Shown here one piece after another: positions 35,806 through 45,514 of a stretch of 64,000 bases of DNA (positions are counted from its first letter, which is position 1; the number at the start of each line of letters is the position of its first letter). Below the pieces are notes generated by a model that was not told the DNA's origin, did no database searches, and was given only the letters and a program-made list of their open reading frames with translations. The position numbers and the translations under genes are program-made. This stretch comes from a virus (taxonomy: Duplodnaviria; Caudoviricetes), in the IMG/VR virus record IMGVR_UViG_3300027899_000014, positions 1,176 to 65,175 of that record; one strand, given 5' to 3'.

Positions 35806-37311
35806 TTAGTTTCCTTGTTGTGTAGATGTTGGAGATCCAAATCCTTCAGGTACTGGAGGAGGATTCTCTTTATTTTGTTTTGCGATTTCTTTTATATCTT
35901 CATCTGATTGCATTAGTACATTTTTTTGAATCCATTCAATACTATAATATTTACCTACATACAAATCAATTTGCTGAAGGGTCGCAATTCGTTGATTAAG
36001 AACTTCACTTTCTTTTAATTCTGAAAAATAATTATCTTTTTGGAAATCAAATTGAATACTTTGTTTCATATCAAACCATTCGTCATCTCGAATGATACCT
36101 TTTGAAACTAATTGTATTCTTAATGCATCTACAAGTAAATTAGAAAATTTCTTACGTAATCTAGTAACAAATTTATTAAACTTAACTTCTTCTCGTGTTA
36201 TCTCAGTAGAACGACCTATGCTAAAACCTTGAGAAGGTTGTAATCTTCCTAAAGGAACATTTAAAGCTTGATATAATTTACTTTGGAAGTATTGTACATC
36301 TTCTATTTGACCAAGAGTTTGACCTCCAGGCAAAGTAGTAATTTCAGTACCTTTGCCACCTTCTCTTCGAGGCATCCAGAAGTCTTCCATCATAGACAAA
36401 TGTTTACGATCATCTCTTACTTCGCCAGTAGTAGCATCATAAACAATTTTATTACGAAACTTGTTCATAATATCATTTACATATTGTTCTGCTTTTAACT
36501 TAGGTAAATTACCAACATCAATATAGAATATACGTCTTTCTGGGGCTCTAGAAATACGATAGATTACTACCGCATCTTCAATCATTTTTAATTGATTGGT
36601 TGGTTTAACTGCTTTATGGAGATGACCTAAAGTCATTCCTGAATTAGGATCAATTAAACCACTTGGGCAATAGATAACTGAATCAAGAGATAATTTAACA
36701 CCTTGCGATGTTTGCTCACTAATTCCTTTATCATTATATATGTAAAATTCATCAATAGATTTTACAACATCAATACCTTTTTCATTACGTTGTTTCTTTA
36801 CGTTTTTGATTTTTCTTATTTTTCTTGGATCAATTTTACGTAATTCTGTAATACCTTTTTTGATATTAGCAGGATCAATCAATACTTGATAGTATACTCT
36901 ACCATCTATGTACCATTGACGGAAAATGTCTGGACCGAATTCTTCAAAGTCAAATAGTTTTAGTACTTCTTCAAATTCATCGGTGATTTTTTTCTTAATA
37001 CCATCTGAAACTTTTAAATTATCCAGATTAAGTTCAATAGATTTATCATCTTCAGTTATAATTGATTCATTAACAATATCTGTTATTGCAGAATCACAAT
37101 CAGAATACTGGGCAACTTCTCGGTATCGACGAATAAGATCATTTTCATTCTTGACAATAGAATCCATATCAAGAACAAGACCATAATAATTTGCAGCACC
37201 TGATGCTGTTGTTATTACAGTACTGCCATCTTCCGAACTTGGTGGAACTACACTAAGTGGATTTTCCTTGACAGGTTTTTTCTTACCTAACTCGATACCG
37301 AAAATTTGCAT
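35806..37311 (-). CDS. 20: Portal protein gp20
   Basis: WYIDGR, YRISRAPERRIFYIDVGNLP, EDFWMPRREGGKGTEITTLPGG. Confidence 0.98.
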   Translation of the reverse strand: MQIFGIELGKKKPVKENPLSVVPPSSEDGSTVITTASGAANYYGLVLDMDSIVKNENDLIRRYREVAQYSDCDSAITDIVNESIITEDDKSIELNLDNLKVSDGIKKKITDEFEEVLKLFDFEEFGPDIFRQWYIDGRVYYQVLIDPANIKKGITELRKIDPRKIRKIKNVKKQRNEKGIDVVKSIDEFYIYNDKGISEQTSQGVKLSLDSVIYCPSGLIDPNSGMTLGHLHKAVKPTNQLKMIEDAVVIYRISRAPERRIFYIDVGNLPKLKAEQYVNDIMNKFRNKIVYDATTGEVRDDRKHLSMMEDFWMPRREGGKGTEITTLPGGQTLGQIEDVQYFQSKLYQALNVPLGRLQPSQGFSIGRSTEITREEVKFNKFVTRLRKKFSNLLVDALRIQLVSKGIIRDDEWFDMKQSIQFDFQKDNYFSELKESEVLNQRIATLQQIDLYVGKYYSIEWIQKNVLMQSDEDIKEIAKQNKENPPPVPEGFGSPTSTQQGN

Positions 37312-37341
37312 ATTTTATCTCAAAATTATAATGAAAAATTA

Positions 37342-37944
37342 TTAGAAACTAAATGGAATTGTTCCTACTGGAGTATCAATTGATATGTTAGTACCAAAAG
37401 AAGAACCATCAGTATCTGTACCAGTATTAGATGTAAAGTAGTTATAAGTAAATTCTACATCAAAAGTTTCAAGTGTGTTTATTACGTCAAAATCTAAAGC
37501 AATTGGAGAAATAGTTGTAGGATATGCATCAGCAAATTTATATACTTTTAAAGTAGCACCATTACGATCTAATTGATGAACTTCTAAATCTACTTGATAA
37601 TCAGAAGGATTTGTTTTACCTTCAGTAGCAGCATATCGTTGAATCCCAGCTTGCCAAGATTCAAATGCATTACGTAAACCAAAGGTTGTATCATTAATAA
37701 TTGTTATATTCCACGGTTGGAAACTACGTTCACCTGCAATATTAACAACTCTGCCTCTATATGGAACTTCTACATTTGTTATAGTAGAACCAGGTAATTG
37801 AGCAGCTTTACATAAAAACTGAGCTCTTGATCCTTCAAATGCACCGGCAGATACATAAGAAGGGAAATTTAAGTACGCTCTAAATTGATTGGCACGAGCA
37901 CCGCCACCAATCAATTGAGATTTAAAATCTGATATATTTGCCAT
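37342..37944 (-). CDS. 19: Tail tube protein gp19
   Basis: GGARANQF, CKAAQLP, AGERSFQPW..T. Confidence 0.93.
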   Translation of the reverse strand: MANISDFKSQLIGGGARANQFRAYLNFPSYVSAGAFEGSRAQFLCKAAQLPGSTITNVEVPYRGRVVNIAGERSFQPWNITIINDTTFGLRNAFESWQAGIQRYAATEGKTNPSDYQVDLEVHQLDRNGATLKVYKFADAYPTTISPIALDFDVINTLETFDVEFTYNYFTSNTGTDTDGSSFGTNISIDTPVGTIPFSF

Positions 37945-37975
37945 TTTTTTATTCCTTAGATATACGACTTTGTAT

Positions 37976-37983
37976 TATTTATA
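37976..37983 (-). promoter_or_regulatory. T4-type late promoter
   Basis: TATAAATA upstream of gene 19. Confidence 0.65.
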
Positions 37984-37987
37984 GTTG

Positions 37988-38015
37988 AAAATTGGGAGTG
38001 TATTTCAACTCCCAA
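37988..38015 (-). terminator. Terminator hairpin after gene 18
   Basis: TTGGGAGT...ACTCCCAA inverted repeat with a T-run on the minus strand. Confidence 0.6.
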
Positions 38016-38022
38016 ATACTAA

Positions 38023-39942
38023 TTAACCACCAATTTCAGAGAAACTGATACCACTTCTTACTGCTATAAAGTTCAAAGTAATATAGTTAATTGAACGGGC
38101 AGGTTTAACATAAATGTCGCCTACAAATTCATTACGATCAATTACCTCTCCAGTATTATTAGTATCGTCACAAATTACTCTAAAGTCTAGAATACCTCGA
38201 CGACCCTTAACATCTCGTAAGAAAGGTTCTACAATATTTTTAAATTGAGCTCTTGTAAAAGTATCATTAAATTCAAATAATTGATATTTAGATGCAGTAG
38301 AAATTGCTTTCTCAAGAACAATAAACAATCTACGAACATTGATACGATCAAATGCAGAAGGCTTAGCCAATAATGTTTTATCACCAAATAATATAGTACC
38401 TTGTCCAGGGAATGTAACTACTGGATTAACACCATTTTTATAGATAGTATCTCTATCTGTTTTAGATAAACTTGCGGCAAGTTTAACAATATTTTTCACT
38501 TGACCACGATTATGCCCAGCAGGAGACCACCAAGCATCATTAGTATAATCAGTACGTGCAGTCATACCAGCAATATCACCGTTTAATGGTACCCATCGAT
38601 ATCTGTCATTATATCTATCGTATTGATACTTATAACCAGAATCTAGAACACCATAAGAAGACGATGTTAATCCATCTCTATAAGCATTAATTTTAGTAGT
38701 AACTGCTGAACCTGAACCTATAATTGCATCACCTGTAGATATATCTTGTGCAGATACAAATACAACACAATCTTTACGAATTTCTGCAATACTTTGAATT
38801 ACATAGTTAGCAGTAAGAAAATTTGCTTTACCGACAGGTATTAAACTAATATCATATTGACTATCATCTAAGTATAATTCCCAAGATGTCATTGCATATG
38901 ATCCAGCTGCATCAGAAAAATCATCAACCGCACCTGAAAAGGAATCATTCATAGCTCCTTTTAAAGAAGCATAAGCAGTACCTGAAACAGCAGCGGTACC
39001 CCATGCTCCTCCAGTATTAGTGTTTGCGGTATGTTTCATCCACCAAATATATTGTGATCTTGTATTAATTACTTCTTTATAATAATTAAGTGTACCATCA
39101 TATTTTTTAGCATCTGATAATTTAGAAACATAAGCAAATTTTTCTAAAATTGAACCTTTTGTTCCAGTGAACGCTCCATCTTCATCAATGATAATGATAT
39201 GAAGTTCATCCCCAGTAACATTAGTGTTAGAAGCATAATCTGAAGTTCCGGGCGCAGAATCAAATTGAGTATAATATGCCCAATCAGCTTTTAATGCAGT
39301 TCCTGCAGGAACAGAAATTAAAGAACCAGGAGACTCTAAAGTTAATGAAGTAGCAGATTCAATAGATTTAACAGTACCAATAACTACGCCTAAATCAGTT
39401 TTAAGAATAGCACCTACATGTAGTTGAGTAGTAAAAAGTGTACTAACCCCTACCACAGTTGTTCCACCAATAGGAACAATACTAGAAGAGGTAACACTAG
39501 TCAACACTAAATTTTTAAATGTATTAGAGTCTGCCATTGATACTTTCAATGAATTACCTAAAATACCGGCATATTTTGCTGCCCAAGAACAGTTATATGT
39601 TGAAGTAGTTAAAGTACCATAGTGACTTTCATTTTTAATTTTAGTAGCAGTACCACCCGTACTAACTGCATTAACTGCAGAATTAGAATCAATTCTAGAT
39701 ACATATAAACTACTTGTATAAGACAAAAAGTTTGCTGCAGTAAAAAATGATTCAAAAGTACTATCATTTGGCATACCAAATTGTTTTACTAATTCAACTT
39801 CTGATGATAATTTGATAGGGTATTCTATTGGACCCCACTGGAACTTACCAGCAAATGCCCCAGTTGATGATGAAACTGCTGGTACAATATTAGTAAAATC
39901 TTTTTCTACTACTGTAACTCCAGGACTTAACGCGTATGCCAT
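38023..39942 (-). CDS. 18: Tail sheath protein gp18
   Basis: SPGVTVVE, FQWGP, WWSPAG, FDRINVRRLF, KPARSINYI. Confidence 0.97.
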   Translation of the reverse strand: MAYALSPGVTVVEKDFTNIVPAVSSSTGAFAGKFQWGPIEYPIKLSSEVELVKQFGMPNDSTFESFFTAANFLSYTSSLYVSRIDSNSAVNAVSTGGTATKIKNESHYGTLTTSTYNCSWAAKYAGILGNSLKVSMADSNTFKNLVLTSVTSSSIVPIGGTTVVGVSTLFTTQLHVGAILKTDLGVVIGTVKSIESATSLTLESPGSLISVPAGTALKADWAYYTQFDSAPGTSDYASNTNVTGDELHIIIIDEDGAFTGTKGSILEKFAYVSKLSDAKKYDGTLNYYKEVINTRSQYIWWMKHTANTNTGGAWGTAAVSGTAYASLKGAMNDSFSGAVDDFSDAAGSYAMTSWELYLDDSQYDISLIPVGKANFLTANYVIQSIAEIRKDCVVFVSAQDISTGDAIIGSGSAVTTKINAYRDGLTSSSYGVLDSGYKYQYDRYNDRYRWVPLNGDIAGMTARTDYTNDAWWSPAGHNRGQVKNIVKLAASLSKTDRDTIYKNGVNPVVTFPGQGTILFGDKTLLAKPSAFDRINVRRLFIVLEKAISTASKYQLFEFNDTFTRAQFKNIVEPFLRDVKGRRGILDFRVICDDTNNTGEVIDRNEFVGDIYVKPARSINYITLNFIAVRSGISFSEIGG

Positions 39943-40006
39943 TTTAAATTCTCCTAAGAAATAATATTCGGTGTATACGATGAATCTTAACTTTGATTCA
40001 TTGTAT

Positions 40007-40014
40007 TATTTATA
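40007..40014 (-). promoter_or_regulatory. T4-type late promoter
   Basis: TATAAATA upstream of gene 18. Confidence 0.7.
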
Positions 40015-40026
40015 AAAATTCATATT

Positions 40027-41136
40027 TCAGAAATTTAGAAGCATAATAGGCGCTTCTAATTCTATTTGACCATCATCATAAAAACCAAACGGGGTTAATT
40101 CTTCCTCAATTAATCTCATTTGATTTTGATACATTATTTGTCTAAGTTCTACGTTATTTAATTCTTTAAAATATGGTTGAGTGGTTAACCACGAAAAAAT
40201 AACAAGTCCCATTACTAAATCATCTTTGTAACTATCATCTGCTGCGTATGAATCCTTTACTTCAATAAAGGTAGATAGTTCAGAAATCGTATCCATATCA
40301 TTAATAAGTAGTTTATTTTCTACTAATAACGATTTTAAATTGGCACAACCAATTCTTTTTGTTTTTTTATCGGTATTTACACCTAAAAAAGATCTACCAC
40401 CAAATCCGCCTCCGGCAGATTGTCCTCTATCTAATCCCTTTGCTTTTTTATTTATAATAATCATATTTTCATATTCTAACTCATGATGTAATATATGTGC
40501 CACCTGTTCAGATATATTTATCTCAATTAAAACGTGTGCATTATTATAATCTTTTGCAACTTTATAAATTATATTTGGAAATAGTAAAGGACTTATATGA
40601 TTATCTTTATACTTAGCAACTTGTTTATATGGTATTTCTGTGATATCTATTACCTGAATTACCGAATTATCTCCACCAACTCCCTTTGACGGATCAATTG
40701 TCATTACATAGTTTCTACCTCTTTCAGGTATTTCAAAAACATCTAATCCTTCTCTTGAGTAATCAATAACACTTGGTGATAGTTTAGATAAAGTATCGGA
40801 AGGTATCAATGTTAAACTTGAACCTAAGAACGAACAATTGTGAGAAATTAAATCATTTGAATAATATAAATTTCCATTATCAACATTTATTGGATCATAT
40901 ACATCTATTTCACCATAAGAAATAATATCAACAATTATTTTATCATTTAAAACATCTCCATTACTCAATAATCCTGCAATAATTTCTTTATCATTATCTA
41001 TAAATCTATGATTTTCTGTTACTATAATATTACTATTATCTACAAATGATATTTGTATAGTGTTCCTTTTATTTTTAATGATACCATCAAAGGATTGAAA
41101 ACCAGAAGGAGTCAATATTTTATATCTAGAGTTCAT
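40027..41136 (-). CDS. 17: Terminase large subunit C-terminal (nuclease) part, behind a 100-aa split-intein C-fragment
   Basis: YKILTPSGF...VTENHRF...VYDPINV...ISHN|CSFLGSS; nuclease motifs IDPSKGVGGD and DDLVM. Confidence 0.93.
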   Translation of the reverse strand: MNSRYKILTPSGFQSFDGIIKNKRNTIQISFVDNSNIIVTENHRFIDNDKEIIAGLLSNGDVLNDKIIVDIISYGEIDVYDPINVDNGNLYYSNDLISHNCSFLGSSLTLIPSDTLSKLSPSVIDYSREGLDVFEIPERGRNYVMTIDPSKGVGGDNSVIQVIDITEIPYKQVAKYKDNHISPLLFPNIIYKVAKDYNNAHVLIEINISEQVAHILHHELEYENMIIINKKAKGLDRGQSAGGGFGGRSFLGVNTDKKTKRIGCANLKSLLVENKLLINDMDTISELSTFIEVKDSYAADDSYKDDLVMGLVIFSWLTTQPYFKELNNVELRQIMYQNQMRLIEEELTPFGFYDDGQIELEAPIMLLNF

Positions 41137-41884
41137 TTTGTAATATTTGCGTTTTTCTTAATATATTTAATATAGTTCTAGCTGATACATTAAAATCAGA
41201 TGCAACTGATTTAGCAAAAACATTTTCATATGAACACCACTTTCCATTTTTAGCTATATAATTATAAGGTATTTCTAATTTAGGTTTTGATTCATATAAA
41301 GATAATACTTTAGAATATAATTCTAATAATTCTTTTTTCTTTTCTTCCTTTATGTTTATAGTTTTATTCTTTCTTATACTAGACCATAATTTTCTAGTAT
41401 CTTTAGAAGGAACTCTTCCCTGTAATTTTAAATTGGGTTTACCCAATTTACTTTTTGATATATTTGTTTTTGTTTTTTCAGTTCTTGTTGAACCTGTATT
41501 TGGGTTGAATTCTTTTGATAAACCTTTAGCCCAATGATTTTCCGATGCCATTTTTCTTTGTTCTAAAGTAAATTTTTTTCCAGGAATACCTCCATTTAAA
41601 CCGTTTTCAGGTTCCAGGTTAGCCCATTCTTTAGATTCTACTATATTATTTTCTTCTGATAACTGTAAAGCAGGTTCAACTATAGATGCATCATGATATA
41701 ACTCAGATACCCACAGGGTAACTATATGTTCTTTACCATGTTTTTTAATATGGCGCATCCAATGTTTACCAGAACCATTATATTTGTATGGATCTTTAGT
41801 GGTTTTACCAAAATATTTTAATCCAGTTATATTGTGTTGTTTGATATAAAGATATGTAGGTTCAATGGGAGTATAAATATTCAT
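41126..41884 (-). mobile_element. Free-standing Seg-like GIY-YIG homing endonuclease between the terminase halves
   Basis: YLYIKQHNITGLKYFGKTT..PYKYNGSG..W..H...WANLEPENG; overlaps the start of 17-C. Confidence 0.85.
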
Positions 41885-41905
41885 ACTGGTGTCCTCTTAT
41901 GACAT

Positions 41906-41940
41906 TAGAGCTAGTAGATGTTTGCTGCATCATGACTAGC
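41906..41940 (-). promoter_or_regulatory. HEG-leader structured motif, copy 3 (overlaps the last codons of 17-N)
   Basis: Minus strand GCTAG TCAT GATG cagcaaa CATC TA CTAGC TCTA. Confidence 0.65.
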
Positions 41941-42825
41941 ATTTATTAAATTATATGCTTCTTCTATAGGTATATTTATAATTTTTCCAGTTTCAGTATC
42001 TTGCAAAGTTATAATAGTATTTCCTGCAACACACAATACTTCCTGGTTAAACTTTAGTTCACCTAATTGTCGACGTTGTTCTTCTGCCCAAGCAGCGTCT
42101 CTTCCAGGAATTTCCCAATATGGAATAAACAGAGGTACAAAGTCATTATGACCTTTTTCAGCATCAGTCCAAAACTTCCAAAAATGATTATACCCAAGTG
42201 GAGTAGAACTTAATAAAATTTTAGATGTTTGACCTGAAGAGATTGTAGGATAAACAGAAGTAAAAAAATCTTCAGCAACTGAATTTGGAATAAATGCAGT
42301 TTCGTCAATATATAACATATTGACGGTTTTACCACGGATACCTGAACCTGTAGTAGCAGCAGTAAATACTTTTGATTTATTTTCTAATTCAATATCACCT
42401 TTATTCCATGTTTTTACTCCGCATTTTAGCCAATGAGGTAATAACTCAAACATCAATTGGAGCCTACTCATCACCTCTCTAGCAGCAGAAGATTTATTTG
42501 CAAGTATTGCTACATTTTTAGCATTATTAAAATTAACATACCAAAGAATATATGCAGCAGAAGTTTGTGTTTTACCTTGTTGACGACCCTCCATGAGAAT
42601 AACTTTACGATTCTCATGGATTATCTTTACCTTTTTTCTTTGACATTCATAAAGATTAAATGGTATTATACCATAGTCAAGTGAGATAATTTTACAGTAT
42701 GTATCTATAAAGTAAATAGGATCTTGTGAACATTTAATATATTCTTCTACTTGTTCTTGAGTATATTGAACATCTACATTTGCCGCTTTTAAATTAGGAT
42801 TGCTATTATACGTTAATGATGCCAT
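41911..42825 (-). CDS. 17: Terminase large subunit N-terminal (ATPase) part ending in a 40-aa split-intein N-fragment
   Basis: GRQQGKT, YIDETAF, STPLG, FNQEVL|CVAGNTIITLQD...IEEAY. Confidence 0.93.
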   Translation of the reverse strand: MASLTYNSNPNLKAANVDVQYTQEQVEEYIKCSQDPIYFIDTYCKIISLDYGIIPFNLYECQRKKVKIIHENRKVILMEGRQQGKTQTSAAYILWYVNFNNAKNVAILANKSSAAREVMSRLQLMFELLPHWLKCGVKTWNKGDIELENKSKVFTAATTGSGIRGKTVNMLYIDETAFIPNSVAEDFFTSVYPTISSGQTSKILLSSTPLGYNHFWKFWTDAEKGHNDFVPLFIPYWEIPGRDAAWAEEQRRQLGELKFNQEVLCVAGNTIITLQDTETGKIINIPIEEAYNLINASHDAANIY

Positions 42826-42837
42826 AATGATGCCATA

Positions 42838-43578
42838 TTAAAAATGTTCTAACCAAGATTCAGAAATAATACTTCCATCTATAGGATCACCAATAGCAGT
42901 ATAATTATCAATAGGTTCATTAGTAACAATATCATTAATATTAGCTTTAACTGTAGTAATAATACCACCGGTATTATTTCCACCAAATAGATTTAATTTC
43001 AAAGTAAAATTTAATGTATGAGTTACAAATCTTCGTGTAGCAAAATCACCATCATAATCATCCTGTACAGAAATACTATTTAAAATAATAGGAATATCTT
43101 GAATAACATTCATTTCAGGTACAGCATTAATTGATAATGTATATTCTGGAGTAAATGTAGGTAAAATTTGTTCTATTATTTGTAATGCATCTTCTTGAGT
43201 TTTTGTCAAAATGTATAAAGATACTTCAAGATTATATGGAACAACTGAATTTAAAGTATTAAGATAATTTGTGCCATCACCACATTTTATTTGTTGCATT
43301 CTGTTTGTTTTTCGTACAGAATCATAAGAATATCCAGTAATTTCAAAAGATATTCTAGGCAATGTTGTATATACATGTCCTTCTAAAGATGGATCAGAAT
43401 CTATTCTTACTAACCACTTTTCTTTTGGAGCATATCCTACCGGTACTTTTAGAGTTTGAACTGTAGTTCCAGTAACAGAACCACCTTCTTTTCTTTCTAT
43501 TTTAATATTAGAAAAAAGGCCGCCAAACCCAACAATAGTTTTTCTTATTATTCCGTGATAAAATGGAGTTTCGTACAT
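42838..43578 (-). CDS. 15: Tail sheath stabilizer / tail terminator gp15
   Basis: FYH..IRKTIVGFG.LF, VP..YAPKEK, LPRISFE, EQILP.F.P. Confidence 0.93.
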   Translation of the reverse strand: MYETPFYHGIIRKTIVGFGGLFSNIKIERKEGGSVTGTTVQTLKVPVGYAPKEKWLVRIDSDPSLEGHVYTTLPRISFEITGYSYDSVRKTNRMQQIKCGDGTNYLNTLNSVVPYNLEVSLYILTKTQEDALQIIEQILPTFTPEYTLSINAVPEMNVIQDIPIILNSISVQDDYDGDFATRRFVTHTLNFTLKLNLFGGNNTGGIITTVKANINDIVTNEPIDNYTAIGDPIDGSIISESWLEHF

Positions 43579-44498
43579 TAAATATCTCCGAACGGATTAT
43601 TAGTATTCCATACAACAGTAGATGCTTCATCTAAAAATGAATTATTATCACCATATGAATCTGGTTTATCTATATCTACTTCAACTACAGCAACTGCCTC
43701 AGCAAGACTACCACTACCATTACTAACAATTTGAATAGTAGGTATTGCTGTATAACCAGTTCCGCCATTAGTAATATCAATTCTTATAACTTTATTTGCA
43801 GTTGCTCCAGTACCTAATACTGCAGTTGCTGTTGCGCCAATTCCTTGATCATATAAAGCAACAATATTAACAGTTGGTACTGTCATATAACCAGAACCTT
43901 GATTAGTAACATTAATAGATGTGACAGTACCATATGAACTATCTGCGATATTCGTAGAGAATGTTTTTAATGATTCAAATATATCAATATCTTCATTACC
44001 GGTATCTAGTCTTTCAGATGCATATTGGAACAATTCTACTTGAAGTTTGTAAACATATAATTTGCCCAATTGATAAAATGGATCTTGATGTTGAACAAAT
44101 TTAATTTCAAATAAACCCTTTGACAATGGAAAATAAATTAAATCTCCTTCATTAGGTCTGCTTGGTACTATAGTTACACCATGTACACCTACAAATTGTT
44201 CCCATCTTCTACGAGAAACCACTAGAGTTGCAGATTGTTCTACCATCAATCCAAATTTTTGTATCATGAATCCTTGACCACCAAAAGTATCAATATTTTC
44301 AAAATACATTTCTATAGGAAAAACTGTTTTAAATTCAGATAATCTATCTTCACCTAGAATATTATCTTTTGCAACTAATGTTCTAGGGATATACATCACT
44401 TCATTTCCATATATACGAAGTGATTCAATAATTAAATCTTCTACAAGATACTGTTCATTTTTTGTACCTTGAGTAAAATACACATTAGTTGTTGACAT
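43578..44498 (-). CDS. 14: Neck protein gp14 with inserted beta-repeat domain
   Basis: EDLIIES..IYG, YIPR, RPNEGDLIYFP, FYQLGK, NPFG end. Confidence 0.92.
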   Translation of the reverse strand: MSTTNVYFTQGTKNEQYLVEDLIIESLRIYGNEVMYIPRTLVAKDNILGEDRLSEFKTVFPIEMYFENIDTFGGQGFMIQKFGLMVEQSATLVVSRRRWEQFVGVHGVTIVPSRPNEGDLIYFPLSKGLFEIKFVQHQDPFYQLGKLYVYKLQVELFQYASERLDTGNEDIDIFESLKTFSTNIADSSYGTVTSINVTNQGSGYMTVPTVNIVALYDQGIGATATAVLGTGATANKVIRIDITNGGTGYTAIPTIQIVSNGSGSLAEAVAVVEVDIDKPDSYGDNNSFLDEASTVVWNTNNPFGDI

Positions 44499-44501
44499 AT
44501 T

Positions 44502-45479
44502 TTATCCCATAAACCAAGATAATGGAGCAGATTTAGTCATTAATTCATCTTCTAAATCTTTGATCTCATCCATAGCTTCTCTATATAAAGAATCGCCATC
44601 TAATGTAACGCCACCAGGCAATTGTATACCTGAAAACTTTTTGATATTAGTTGCCCACATCCTTTTAAATAATGCGGTGGTATAGTGTTTTAACCAAAGC
44701 TCATTCCACATTCTAGGTGCATTGGCCGGATTTAACGCGCCATAACCATCAACCATAAAATATTGACCAATTAATACGCCAGATTGCCATTTAATATCAA
44801 GATATAATTTATTTGTAAATCTATTAAACCTAATATCTGGTTTAGCATTTAACTCGAAATCCAACATATCAAGATGCTGCATAACTGTTTTATAATAGAT
44901 CATTGATGTAGAAGTTACATCATACAAATCATGTAAACGTAATTGATATTGTAGATCAAACATGTTCTTAGAAGAAGATGCTTGAGCCATAGGAATAACT
45001 CTAGTTACACCATATAATAAATCTGGCAACGTGATATATCTATTGTCATACACACCTTTAACAACCGGATTTAATACAGTTAAAGTAGCAGTAACTGTAT
45101 CAGTTGAAATAGTTTCTCCCGCAAGGAAATCACCTATTATCTCAACAACCAATAAAACATTTCCTGTAGATGTTCTTGATTCTGTTCTAGTTCCTTCATC
45201 CAAAACTACAATTGCTGTAGCACCAGAAGTTGCTCCAGTTACTTTAGTGGATTCTCCGAAAGACTCTGCATTATTGGTTGTAAGATTTAATACAGAAGCA
45301 GTAATCATGTATTTGGCATATACTTGTTCTATACCTTCAGGATGATACAATCTCCAATATTCTAATGCCTCATCAATTCGGTCTTCTAATTGTTCATCGT
45401 CTACATTTATTTCAAGTACAGGAGCACCCAATGATCGTAGACAATATTGTTTTAAATCTTCTCTTGATGATAAAGCCAT
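44502..45479 (-). CDS. 13: Neck protein gp13
   Basis: YCLRSLGAPVLEINVD..QLEDRIDEAL; KFSGIQLPGGVTLDG. Confidence 0.93.
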   Translation of the reverse strand: MALSSREDLKQYCLRSLGAPVLEINVDDEQLEDRIDEALEYWRLYHPEGIEQVYAKYMITASVLNLTTNNAESFGESTKVTGATSGATAIVVLDEGTRTESRTSTGNVLLVVEIIGDFLAGETISTDTVTATLTVLNPVVKGVYDNRYITLPDLLYGVTRVIPMAQASSSKNMFDLQYQLRLHDLYDVTSTSMIYYKTVMQHLDMLDFELNAKPDIRFNRFTNKLYLDIKWQSGVLIGQYFMVDGYGALNPANAPRMWNELWLKHYTTALFKRMWATNIKKFSGIQLPGGVTLDGDSLYREAMDEIKDLEDELMTKSAPLSWFMG

Positions 45480-45506
45480 GAGTAATCTCTTATAAAGTTA
45501 TAGTAA

Positions 45507-45514
45507 TATTTATA
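45507..45514 (-). promoter_or_regulatory. T4-type late promoter
   Basis: TATAAATA upstream of gene 13. Confidence 0.7.
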
